The notes under the pieces are model-generated. The model made no database searches and was not told the DNA's origin. It was given only the letters and a program-made list of their open reading frames with translations. A stretch of 64,000 bases of DNA from NCBI GenBank assembly GCA_009859145.1, contig VRVR01000026.1, forward strand, positions 262,707 through 326,706, given 5' to 3'. Source of the DNA: Andalucia godoyi And28 (Eukaryota > Protista > Jakobida). The stretch's first letter is position 1, and the number at the start of each line of letters is the position of its first letter. The position numbers and the translations under genes were made by a program. Of this stretch, positions 1 to 9,655 are shown piece by piece.

Positions 1-341
1 GCTATAAACCCAAACATTCTCGCCTTCCTCCTCGAGTTGCTTCGTGCAAACTGAAACGACAAAAAGTCCGTTTCCAGGTTTGTCCAGTGGAAACGCAGCG
101 TCCACCATGAATACCGAAGAGGATTGTACAGATGCTCCGGAGTCGAAAGCTTCTGATTTCCTCCATCAGTCGTCGTAGTCGTAGTGCACGAAGCATCCTT
201 AGCACCACCGCAGTATCCACGCCGTGCTTGGAAATATCCAGAGTACCGCGCAGCCTCTATAAGATCCGAAGCCGACGCTCCTCTCCGTGCATGCTCTGCG
301 CTCGACGAGACACCTTCTTTCTCCGGGGCCACTCTCGACAT
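1..341 (-). CDS. Possible 5' part of a gene running off the window edge (unknown, possibly membrane protein)
   Basis: Manual translation: the minus-strand frame is open from ATG at 341 (MSRVAPEKEG...YSWWTLRFHWTNLETDFLSFQFARSNSRRKARMFGFI) to position 1. No family assignable. Confidence 0.3.
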   Translation of the reverse strand, partial: MSRVAPEKEGVSSSAEHARRGASASDLIEAARYSGYFQARRGYCGGAKDASCTTTTTTDGGNQKLSTPEHLYNPLRYSWWTLRFHWTNLETDFLSFQFARSNSRRKARMFGFI

Positions 342-858
342 CAGCCTCCACGACGACGACTGGGACGATGGTTCAAGTGCACTTTGGAAAAAGCCCCCAG
401 TAAAAGAAAGAGCACTCTTTGGAAAATCAAAGTAACTGTCAGAATACTACTGCCACTGCCACTGCCACTACTACTACCACCACCTCCTCCTCACTGACAG
501 TAACAATGATGTCAGTTTGCGGTTGAAAGAAAACCTCTTTAAATAGAATGCTTCGCCAGAACGGAGTGTCTGGATTTTCCACCTGTTGTACACGCGCAGG
601 ATGAGTCGGGGGAAATGTCAACTTTGAACTTTACAAGAGGCTTGCGCATGCCACTCAATTTTCTCATGGTGTCGGATGGGCAGCAGGATGAAATGTCCGA
701 AGTTTTTCACTTCGGAAATATTCTGTCTGCCTCTCTCTCTCTCTCTCTCTCTTTTCCCCCCGCTCCCTTCCATTCTTGGCTTTCGTCATTTTGATTGTGA
801 CAAAAAAGGAAAAAAAAGCGATTAAACAAAATAAGAAGAAGAGAAAAAGAGCGGAAGA

Positions 859-3765
859 ATGTCCCGAATTGTGCATGCGTTGTCGGCGATTGAGAACGTG
901 AGATTTCCTTTCGGAGTGCTTTCGCTTGCCAATATATTTCTCAAGGAAACCTATGGCGGTTGGCTGGAAGTGAAGCGCGGAACCTGTTGTGCTGCGCAGG
1001 AGGCGTACTATAATTTTAATGTAGTTCCTTATTATGGGAACGATGAAGATTCAAGTGTTTCGGAGTGCGCACTGCGTGAACTGATCGATCCATCGATTGT
1101 GGACGTTCATCATTTTGCCGCAGTGTCATTTGCGCAAATCGCTGATCTGTTGCAGATTTCCAGCAGAGCGTTCGCAACGCTTTACAATAGATTTCGTGTT
1201 TTGCCCGACTGTCCAAAGGAAGATCAGTGCGCTGCTCTCACGTACAACTTGCAAGTGACACATGTGCTCCTCAGCGACCTGGACTTTGCATTCTTTCAGC
1301 CCTGCAGCCGAGTCCAGTGTGTGCCTGCGACCTTTGCGCGAGTGCAGTCGGCCCTGCGGCAGCCCGAGAAGTCCCCCAAAATTCTGTATAGTCTGTTCTA
1401 TTCTGCGGCATACGGCTGGGAGTTGAATGTTCGCGATACAACCAGGGAAACCTCCTCCCATGAGAATACAGGCCTTGACTCTCAAGTATCTTCCCCTGAC
1501 CAAATAGCAAACGAACCGCTGGTGCACGCGGTGCAACCAACTGTACATGCAGGAGGACATCATCAACACGAGGAGGAGGAAGAGGAGGAAGGAGAAGGAA
1601 GGGAGTCGGAGGATGGTGAGTATGCGGATAATCGCTTTGGTCGGTTCTTTCGAAGGAGCCTGTGGGCTCCTCGGATGTCCAAGACAAGAGCCGCAGATGT
1701 TGACATCGTAGGATGTACATTTTATGCGTTCCCAACCAATCTGCAACGCGGGCTGTACGGCCACGAGATGCATGTTGCGCATGCCGAGACCCAGACCGAC
1801 GTTCCAGATGGAGTACGTGAAGTGGACGAAGCTCGTGAAGACGGTGCTCGCGCGCAACCTGCCTCCGAGGTAATGAACAGCGGATCAGAGTCCGTGCGTG
1901 GAATTCGGTCTCGCACTCGTCTTCGCAAGCGAGAAGTGTTTGTTCATTCCGAACTTCCGGACTTCTTGAATGATGTGCTGCATTCTTCGTTTTCAATGTC
2001 AGGCAGTTGGCACTCTGCTAGAAACGGATACGTGCGCATTTCCGCGGGTTCTGATTTCCCTTTCCCAGGCATCCCCGCGGTCCCAAAGCCATTGTATACG
2101 TCGTTGATGTTTGCGTTGCTTCAATCAAACCAGCACCAGAATCAGTGTCTCTTTTCAGACACGGCTTTTTCGGTGCGTGGTTTGCAGAAAGTCACGTCAG
2201 CGTCACTCTTGGGTCCGAATAAGCCCCTTGCAATGGAGATCTGTGCATCGGTTCAGAGAAGATTTCCTCATCTGTCTCTGGATTGCTCTCGCACACGCAA
2301 CCCGAACGTTCGATTCGAACGCAAACATGAAATGCAGGTTCGATGGGGTAGAGGACAGTCTGTTTCGTTTCGAGATTTGGCATTCGTCAAGAGAATGTCG
2401 AACGACCAGCGTACCGTAAGTGTCCTTCCGATCTATGCGAAGCTTGTCCCCATCAGCACAATCATCCCGTTGGAGTTTCGTGACGTCCTCGTTTCCGAAC
2501 TTCTTTCTCTCCTGCGAAGCATGACGCTGCTCTTGAAAGTTCGACTTGTGCAAGACGGGACCTGCATCTTGCTGGAGTCCTGTAATCCGAACTGCATATT
2601 ATCTGCCTCGCAGTTCGCGACGAGCGCTCTTTGTGGCTACACGTTTGATGTTCGTGTTCCAGAAGACCCCAAGTTGGACCTGGAAGGGGTCCCGTGTACC
2701 CCAAGCGTGGATCGCTGGAGTCCCGACATGTTTGCGAAGTTCCGAGCGCTTTTATCGGTGCGGCTGGCCGATATGGCGGTGCCAGTGTTACCTGAGAGCA
2801 TTCATCTTCGAGCTGTCCCGCACTCTGCCTTTGATCTTACTCTGTTCTTCTCTCGGCTGGGCGACGTTTGCAGATGTCAGCAATCGTTCAATTCTTTCAA
2901 GTCTCATGTGCAGAGTTGCATTTCCGAAATGAACCCTGCGAATTCTTGCGTGGATCCGAGTTTGGGGTCGAGTGAACCTGTAACCGCCTTGGAATGCTTG
3001 CTCTTGTGTAAGCAGCAGACACTGAGACCACTGAATTCCACTGCTTCCGGGTACACTCCTGCGAACTGCTGTCTTTCTATTTGTGCTCGATCGGACCGCA
3101 CATTCATTTCGCTGCCTTGCGGCCACGATGGCTGCTTGACGTGCATTCGGGCGCAGTTTTCCCAGATCCAGGCAAATCCCTTTGGGTTTGCTCCGGCGTT
3201 TTCTTGTACCCAGTGTTCGGAGCACATTTCTCCCGTTTTCTTGTCGTCGTTGCTGGACCGCTCCGATGTTCTCGAGTATGCGAGACGAGTGGCTCGTCCC
3301 CCTAACTGTTTCCCGTGCCACTCCGCAAACTGTGGACGCTGGCTGTCCTCGTTTATTCCGAAAGAAGAGAGGAGGTTGTCGGACACTGCATTCACAGTCC
3401 GCTGCAGTTCCTGCGAAAGGTTGCATTGCGCTGTGTGTCGCGGAGAAGATCATCCTGGGCGGTCCTGTTCTGGATCGTCGTTCTTCACTGTGATGGAACG
3501 TGGAAAGACCCGCACGTGCCCGAGTTGTCGCACTGCAGTGACCCGCAATGAAGGTTGCCAGCACATGACTTGCCACTGCGGTACAAATTGGTGTTGGTAC
3601 TGCGGCAGTGTCATGCCAGATGGGATGATTGGGCGTCACAAGCAAGTGTGCCAAGTCGACGTTGCCCAGGAATCGTTTTCAGAGATGGTGGGTCTGCTGA
3701 CTGCTGACGGAGAAATGCAACTCGACATTGACGTCGAATCGGATATTGCAACTCGCGACCAATGA
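859..3765 (+). CDS. RBR-type (RING1-IBR-RING2) E3 ubiquitin ligase with long N-terminal extension
   Basis: 968-aa ORF. C-terminal CxxC...LPCGHDGCLTC...CTQC (RING1), CHSANC...CSSC...HCAVC...H...C (IBR) and CPSCRTAVTRNEGCQHMTCHCGTNWCWYC (RING2 with catalytic Cys). Confidence 0.9.
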   Translation: MSRIVHALSAIENVRFPFGVLSLANIFLKETYGGWLEVKRGTCCAAQEAYYNFNVVPYYGNDEDSSVSECALRELIDPSIVDVHHFAAVSFAQIADLLQISSRAFATLYNRFRVLPDCPKEDQCAALTYNLQVTHVLLSDLDFAFFQPCSRVQCVPATFARVQSALRQPEKSPKILYSLFYSAAYGWELNVRDTTRETSSHENTGLDSQVSSPDQIANEPLVHAVQPTVHAGGHHQHEEEEEEEGEGRESEDGEYADNRFGRFFRRSLWAPRMSKTRAADVDIVGCTFYAFPTNLQRGLYGHEMHVAHAETQTDVPDGVREVDEAREDGARAQPASEVMNSGSESVRGIRSRTRLRKREVFVHSELPDFLNDVLHSSFSMSGSWHSARNGYVRISAGSDFPFPGIPAVPKPLYTSLMFALLQSNQHQNQCLFSDTAFSVRGLQKVTSASLLGPNKPLAMEICASVQRRFPHLSLDCSRTRNPNVRFERKHEMQVRWGRGQSVSFRDLAFVKRMSNDQRTVSVLPIYAKLVPISTIIPLEFRDVLVSELLSLLRSMTLLLKVRLVQDGTCILLESCNPNCILSASQFATSALCGYTFDVRVPEDPKLDLEGVPCTPSVDRWSPDMFAKFRALLSVRLADMAVPVLPESIHLRAVPHSAFDLTLFFSRLGDVCRCQQSFNSFKSHVQSCISEMNPANSCVDPSLGSSEPVTALECLLLCKQQTLRPLNSTASGYTPANCCLSICARSDRTFISLPCGHDGCLTCIRAQFSQIQANPFGFAPAFSCTQCSEHISPVFLSSLLDRSDVLEYARRVARPPNCFPCHSANCGRWLSSFIPKEERRLSDTAFTVRCSSCERLHCAVCRGEDHPGRSCSGSSFFTVMERGKTRTCPSCRTAVTRNEGCQHMTCHCGTNWCWYCGSVMPDGMIGRHKQVCQVDVAQESFSEMVGLLTADGEMQLDIDVESDIATRDQ

Positions 3766-4113
3766 GAGGATTTTCTGGGTGCAATAGCTGTCATCGTCCT
3801 ACCAACCACCACTCTTGTCGGCTTTTGCACATATCCTCCTCCCCAACTTAAAAGAAAGAAAAAAGAAAAAAAAAAGCAATCGTTTTACCAAGCAAATAAA
3901 GGGTTTCCTTCCTTTTTCGTATTCCACCAACGCTTCGTTCTTTTGACTCGGTGGTTCTTGCAGGCGTCCATTCTTATTGGCACAAATGGAATGCGGGGAG
4001 TGTCAATCACGGGCTGACACGCACGGTTCCACGAAATAGCCTGGTTCTCTGGAAGGGGCAACTCGGGAAACGCCATATTCGTTTCCACCTGCTAGCGAGT
4101 CTGGCCCAAAGAA

Positions 4114-4514
4114 CGCCTACAATGTACACTAACCACGGATAATCATCGCTGATCACCCATAATCAATGTTGCAACCTAAGAACATGCACAGCATGATTGG
4201 GAAGGGGGTGGGCCCCCAACACGCCCCTCGGCATGAGAGATGTCACAGGTCTTGCGCAGCGTTGCGGGCGCGACGTACATGGTGCATTGCATGGACAATA
4301 AGAATAAAGAAATGAAATGAGCGTCGCTATGCGAGAATGCAACGCGGGGGCGTGTGTTATAGGGATTTCATGATCAAAATGGGGGCGAAACGAATCGGGC
4401 ATCGTGTGACGGAGTTGCTAAGATAGCAAAACACATGCACATGGCGCGTGGCAGTGTTTTTGTTTTCGTGCGCTTCAGATTGTTTCATCATATCGCAATA
4501 AGTGGCAACGGTTC
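4114..4514 (-). mobile_element. Non-autonomous, internally deleted IS607-like/Fanzor2 element (about 400 bp)
   Basis: Reverse complement aligns end to end with 59031-59649 except for one 216-bp internal deletion. Retains ATG-YVAPATLRKTCDIS (TnpA HTH start, ATG at 4280) fused to the right end. Confidence 0.8.
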
Positions 4515-4662
4515 CATACATAAAAATAAATAAAAAATTGCTTTTTTACAAGAAATAATAAGACGTACAGCGAATTGTTCGGTATCCGGCGAAACATAAA
4601 ATGTGAAAGCGCAAGACACGCAGCGAAAAGAGACACAATAATGACAACAACAATTAATATGG

Positions 4663-4702
4663 GGAAAGAGGAAAGAGGAAAGAGGAAAGAGGAAAGAGGA
4701 AA
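4663..4702. repeat. (GGAAAGA)n tandem repeat, about 5.7 copies
   Basis: Read directly from the sequence. Confidence 0.85.
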
Positions 4703-4763
4703 TCAGAACTGGGAAATAGGGAAGTTTCAGAACGCCAGCATTACTATCCCCGATGGGGGGCCA

Positions 4764-5975
4764 CTATCTGACGGAGCCGTTCAAATTACCTGTAAGCCCT
4801 CTGTAGCTTCCAGTGTAGCTGGCATGATTGCTCCCTGCGACTGAACCCTCATCCTTCCGAATGGGAACCGCCCCGTGGTGATGGTGGTGGAGATGGTGGT
4901 GGCCATGATGAGAATAGTAATGGCCGGCAATGTGGGAGCTTGAAGAGCCGGAGCGCATAATCTGACTGGGATTTCCAGACTGTGGATGGTTACCTCTTCT
5001 CTTCCGGTTTCCAAGCAGCCCGACTGCGAAGACCACCAGCACGGCCGGCACAAGTTCCGTGATGACCAGGATGCAAAGATTCGACCAATTTGTGATTTCG
5101 TCCGAGATATCGCCCGAGTCGTTCCCTGGATAAATGTACAAGTCCAGCACAAGGTCTCCGGATGCGCGTATCGCAAAAAACACTCCACAGACAACCGCAA
5201 CAAACGTCAAAGGACTGCTTCCGAAGCCCTCGGCTCGGAGCCCGTGGTGGAGCCAAATCAATCTAAATCCACAGATCGCAAAAGCAATTGCTGAGGTAAA
5301 TCCAACCGTCGGGAAGTAGATGACCATGGCAGTGTTTTGCGTCTGTGGAGACGCGTGTGAAATGTACAATCCAGCATAGATTGCAAGCAACACAACCACC
5401 AAAAACAACAGAACGGACCAGAAAAAGAACATTAGTCGAAACCGAATGACCTGCCGTTGCTTCTGTGTCCGCTCTTTCAGTTCAGAAGCCGTCACCGACG
5501 TGAACGCAGGAGCCGTGGCAGAGGCTGACAGTTGGGGCTTAACCACAGAAGGCCCCAAGATACCTTCTTCAATACCACCACCGCCACTGCCACTACTGCC
5601 ACTACCATTATGATGATGGTGGTGATGAGAAGATAAGAGCGATGTCGTTTCCTTGTTCATTTCGAGGGAGAGCAGTAATGTAAGCTCGGCCCACCGAACG
5701 ATAATCAAGAGTTCTGCAGCATAGACAAACAGCGCCGGGAAATTCAGCAAAAACGTAAACCAAATCGAGTCTAGATTATCGATTGCATCTGATAACGCAA
5801 GAGAAAACAAGATGACGCGAAGCCCAGACGCAATAATCAGAAATACAAAAAACAGCTTCTGAGTCGCCAGCTGAGGCATATAAATAGTAATCACGACCAA
5901 CCACGTTACACAAAGTACCAGAAATGCCGCATACAGGCTAATCTCAATGATGTACAACGTATCAATGTCCAACAT
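4764..5975 (-). CDS. Multi-pass (about 7 TM) membrane protein, THH1/TOM1/TOM3- or GPR137-like
   Basis: 403-aa ORF with about 7 hydrophobic segments, QKLFFVFLIIASGLR...LLNFPALFVY...RWAE pattern and His-rich loops. Confidence 0.65.
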   Translation of the reverse strand: MLDIDTLYIIEISLYAAFLVLCVTWLVVITIYMPQLATQKLFFVFLIIASGLRVILFSLALSDAIDNLDSIWFTFLLNFPALFVYAAELLIIVRWAELTLLLSLEMNKETTSLLSSHHHHHHNGSGSSGSGGGGIEEGILGPSVVKPQLSASATAPAFTSVTASELKERTQKQRQVIRFRLMFFFWSVLLFLVVVLLAIYAGLYISHASPQTQNTAMVIYFPTVGFTSAIAFAICGFRLIWLHHGLRAEGFGSSPLTFVAVVCGVFFAIRASGDLVLDLYIYPGNDSGDISDEITNWSNLCILVITELVPAVLVVFAVGLLGNRKRRGNHPQSGNPSQIMRSGSSSSHIAGHYYSHHGHHHLHHHHHGAVPIRKDEGSVAGSNHASYTGSYRGLTGNLNGSVR

Positions 5976-6475
5976 GGTTCTTCCCCGTCCCCCCCCGGCC
6001 TTATATTACCGCTTACTTTGTCCTTTGTACTTGTTGACTGTAGTCACATACAGCAATCCAACACCCAAATCGAACGACACGACACAACACGCTACGTCAC
6101 GATGATGCAAAGCGACGCAGGCATTAATTTAAAAAAAAAATAATAATTAAAGGAAAAAAAAAAGCCTTGAAAAACGCTAAAGCTTAAGAAACCTGAAGAG
6201 AAAACAGAGAGCTTCGAGCCTTTTGGGCTGCCGCTTTGTGGAACTACGACTGCGGAGGAATGAGGTGTGTTATCTGATTATTTTCATAATGGCTTGATCG
6301 ATTCGTCTTTTATGTTTTGCAAGGCAGACCAGACCGCAGCAGATTTTGTCCAAAAAAAAAAGTAAAGTAAAGTAAAATAAATAAATAAATGAACGAATGA
6401 AATGGAAGAAATAGCAGAATGCGGTAGACAAGCAGATAGAAAGAAGGGAGAGGGTGCTGCGACTATAACTACTTC

Positions 6476-7885
6476 CTACCTACGGAAGGACCAGACGGCA
6501 GTCGAGTTTGCGACCCCGTGCTGATTATTGGAAAGGGAGCCGTTTTGCGGAGCGGAAAACCCAAACATGCTGGCGGACGGTGGCTGTTGGATTCCCATTG
6601 GTGGCCCGCTGGAGCCTGCGTACATTCCGTTCCCGCCACCATACGAAGCTGACGACGCAGAGGGACCGGGTCCATAGGAACTGAGAGGCATCATCATGCC
6701 CATACCCATGCCCATGCCCATGCCCATGCTCATCCCCGCGCCTCCTCCGTTCTGACCTGATGCTGTTTGGACAGGAGTTCCATTCATAAAGTGAGGATGG
6801 TCATACGGGATTCCGTTCGAAGGATTTCCACCCCCTTGCATCATCGGTACCTCTGTTGGCATATTCGCACTGTTGTTGTTACTGTTATTACTGTTGCTGA
6901 TGTTGCTGATGTTGTTGCTGGTGCCATTCCCGTTACCGTTCATCATCATATCAGGCTGCAATCCGCTGATCCACTGCTGGATCGACGAGTGGTTCGGCGC
7001 AAGCCCACCGTTCGACCACCCTTGCATCTGGCCATTCTGAACCTGGCCCTGAGCTTGGATTAAGGGAATAGAATTGGAAGTCGAGATCGAACTTGAGATG
7101 GAATGCTGGCGAACGAGGTCGGCAAACAAGTTGCGTTCATGAGCCGGAGTCGCATAAAAGATCATTCTGCGAACGGCATTCCGTTCGGATTCCGTGAGCA
7201 GCATTGCGTCCCGAAGGTACTGCGTGATTATATCGCCGTCCTTACGCCGCTTCATGGAGGGCTCCGCAACGCCTGGAGTGGCATTTGCAGCGATGGAGCC
7301 GGTCCCATCAATGCGGTCGATCATGCCACCCGCTTCTGGATTCCGCTTCTTGGAATAGACTCGGAAGGGCCGCGAGACGAAGGTGGAGCTTGCAGTTGCG
7401 GAAGCAATGGGAGTTGCTGCCGGAAACTGGTCTGCGAAGCGAGCGGACAGTGTTACTCCGAGAACAAACGATGCCTTGGAATGGTGATAGGAGGAATCAG
7501 TGAAGCGGAAACGAAAGTACTCGTCGACTGCAAAGTTGCTAAGCGACAGCGCTGGTTGACATGTTCGTTCAAGCTCCCCTTCAAGAGCCTCTCTCCCGTC
7601 CTTCATCACAACATCGCGCTTTTCCGAATGGAGCAGTTCCACTTTGATTCGGATCGACGGCTGCATGTTCCGGACGGATTCCGGAACCTTGTCGAGCACT
7701 ACGCGCATCTTGTACGCCTGCGTCAGGAACATCTCGCCAGGAATCGGATCCAGGGGCTCATCGTTCTTGGCAAGGAGCTTCAGATTTGCACTCGCAAACA
7801 AGGACTGTGGGTTCGTAACAGCAAAATTAGCACCCTGCAACATCTCGGCTGTCGCCCTGTCCTGCCGATTCTTTTCTACTTGCAT
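6476..7885 (-). CDS. Putative transcription factor: Ig-fold (CudA/CBP60/STAT-like) DNA-binding domain plus Q/N/G/M-rich tail
   Basis: 469-aa ORF. N-terminal globular region with KDGREALEGE...FRFRFTDSSYHHSKASFVLGV...SRPFRVYSKKR, a basic MKRRK NLS-like motif and a low-complexity C-terminus. CDS is secure; function is tentative. Confidence 0.55.
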   Translation of the reverse strand: MQVEKNRQDRATAEMLQGANFAVTNPQSLFASANLKLLAKNDEPLDPIPGEMFLTQAYKMRVVLDKVPESVRNMQPSIRIKVELLHSEKRDVVMKDGREALEGELERTCQPALSLSNFAVDEYFRFRFTDSSYHHSKASFVLGVTLSARFADQFPAATPIASATASSTFVSRPFRVYSKKRNPEAGGMIDRIDGTGSIAANATPGVAEPSMKRRKDGDIITQYLRDAMLLTESERNAVRRMIFYATPAHERNLFADLVRQHSISSSISTSNSIPLIQAQGQVQNGQMQGWSNGGLAPNHSSIQQWISGLQPDMMMNGNGNGTSNNISNISNSNNSNNNSANMPTEVPMMQGGGNPSNGIPYDHPHFMNGTPVQTASGQNGGGAGMSMGMGMGMGMGMMMPLSSYGPGPSASSASYGGGNGMYAGSSGPPMGIQQPPSASMFGFSAPQNGSLSNNQHGVANSTAVWSFRR

Positions 7886-8319
7886 GTCTAGTTTTTGTCT
7901 CTGCTTCCGTCTTCCGTCCTCCGATTGTCTTCAATCTCTCCCTCCCTCTCCTTTTTAAAATAGTTAAAAAAGAGAGAGACAGACAGACAGACAGAGAGAG
8001 AGGGGGAGAGAGAGGGGGAGAGAGGGAGAGAGAGATAAAGAAGCGACGCCTTTCTCTTTTCTTAAGCAAACAACAAGAGGTGATTAAAAGAAACAAAAAG
8101 CAAATCGTCGTACTATGGTGATCACAGAGTTCCTGGGAGAATCGATGATGGAAACATGAAAAAAAAATACTGAAAAATAAATAAATGGTGTTTTCTCCGG
8201 AGAACAAGAGTCGGCGAAACGACAGTCTGGCAGTATGGCTCTGTTTTCGAATGCTGCATGGACACTTTCGGGCCGGAGCGATCCGAGCGCCAGAAGAAGC
8301 ATGGCGAGCAGATGCTGCC

Positions 8320-9490
8320 AGTTAATACCCCGCCGAAAAACAGAACGTCGTAAGGAAACGGTGGTGGAAGGTACCAGTGGCGTACGAGCAAGGGCGCAAA
8401 GTGCTGATACATGGAAGGGTACAAGAGGATGACGTGTTGTACCAGTGCGTCAAGCATGCCTCATCAGATATCGGCTGGGTTCCACGTTGGGTAATCGAAA
8501 GGCAGCCTTGCTGGGCTCCGATCGGACGCAGGTCTGCTACGCTCGACAATCTTTACGGGCACAAATGGAAGTCGGCCATGCTTCTTGTAAGCAGAAAGTG
8601 GATAAACCGGGAACTTCAGGGCTCTCCCCGACCGACTTCTCCCTGCACACTCGAATCGGTGAATCGTCGAATCATCGGGAGGAAGCAGCCGAAAGCATGA
8701 ACAATCAAAGGAAATGGAGCGCGAATGCTCGTGCGCCCCAGCACCAGCGTAACAGGCGTGGGCATGCCACCGAAAATGGTAACAGCTTCCTGCAACGACG
8801 ACTGTCCCAAAAGTCGAAAAGGGACTGCCTGTCTGGCTCGACTGCGCACGCAAGCCCGGGAAATTGCAGCAATGTCTGGTTGAACTGGCGTTGTAACAAA
8901 AATACCATTGTGCGAGCTGAACCGGGCTCGCTGTTCCCAAGCACGCCCCCCTCCACGCCCCGCCCCGCCCACCTTTCCCAAAGCAATTCCTTAAAATTGA
9001 TGCCCATGCGAGTTGCGAGTTGCGAGTTGCGCACCCCGCACTGCTGAAAAGCGCAACGCCGCCGCACGCATGTCTTGCAGAAACAGCAAGTGAATGATTG
9101 TGGATGTATTTTTCGGTTGGCCGTCTTTTCCACGAAGAGCTAACAAAAAAACGCTTACCTGTGTTTTCAATTAGTTTTGCATCCTACTTCCGAAATTCGC
9201 AGACTTCAGGGATGGCTTTTGAAGGGCAAGCGGCGGATGCGATGCAAGACCGTGTGCCAGATGCTGTCGTGGGTGCTGGCGCCATTGTGAGTTTCATCAG
9301 CGATTGTTGGATGGCGGATTGGTTGTGATTGGAACGGTGATGCGCAGCATTTACCATTACGAATGCTTAAGTGCGTGCTGGGGGCCAGTCCCGTTTTCCC
9401 CGGTGCTGCAGCGCAGTCCAGGGTTGCAACATTGATTTTATGATGCATAGGCAGCGATGGCTATGTATGATCAGAGTACAAGGGAGGCAC
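8320..9490 (+). pseudogene. Highly degraded Fanzor2 (eukaryotic TnpB) pseudogene followed by the element right end
   Basis: Ordered motifs across shifting frames: YPAEKQ (8326), WVIE...KSAM, IV(R)AEPG (8907, decayed RuvC-I DPG), KRNAAARM, FHEELTK, ILLPKF (9181), KGKRRMRCKTVCQMLSW (9222-9272), HCEFHQRLL (9283), DWNG..RSIY (9327). DNA similarity to the right end of 59031-59649 follows. Confidence 0.75.
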
Positions 9491-9655
9491 GGGAGTATGG
9501 TGCACCAGATACGTATCACCACCGACAACAACTGCAACCACCAACTCGACAAATTGCCGTTTTGCCATTAGCTTTTTCTTTCTTTCTTTCTCTTTCATTT
9601 CCCCCTTCATTTTCTTCATTTTTTTTGTTTGTTGTTGGTGTGCACTTGAAAGTCG

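Noticed and set aside
3885-4088. 67-aa minus-strand ORF next to the 4-kb element
   Set aside because: Non-ATG start, no recognisable motifs; cannot distinguish it from chance.
8377-8700. ORF fragment resembling a chromo/chromoshadow domain (RKVLIHGRV...WVPRWVIE)
   Set aside because: No ATG and a stop just upstream. It is better explained as part of the Fanzor2 pseudogene, whose motifs flank it in order.
9008-9031. (GCGAGTT)x3 tandem repeat
   Set aside because: Local slippage within the decayed pseudogene.
9206-9448. Minus-strand LDCAAAPGKT resembling an RsmB/NOP2 SAM motif
   Set aside because: Only 80 aa, no other methyltransferase motifs, and antisense to the Fanzor C-terminus and right end.
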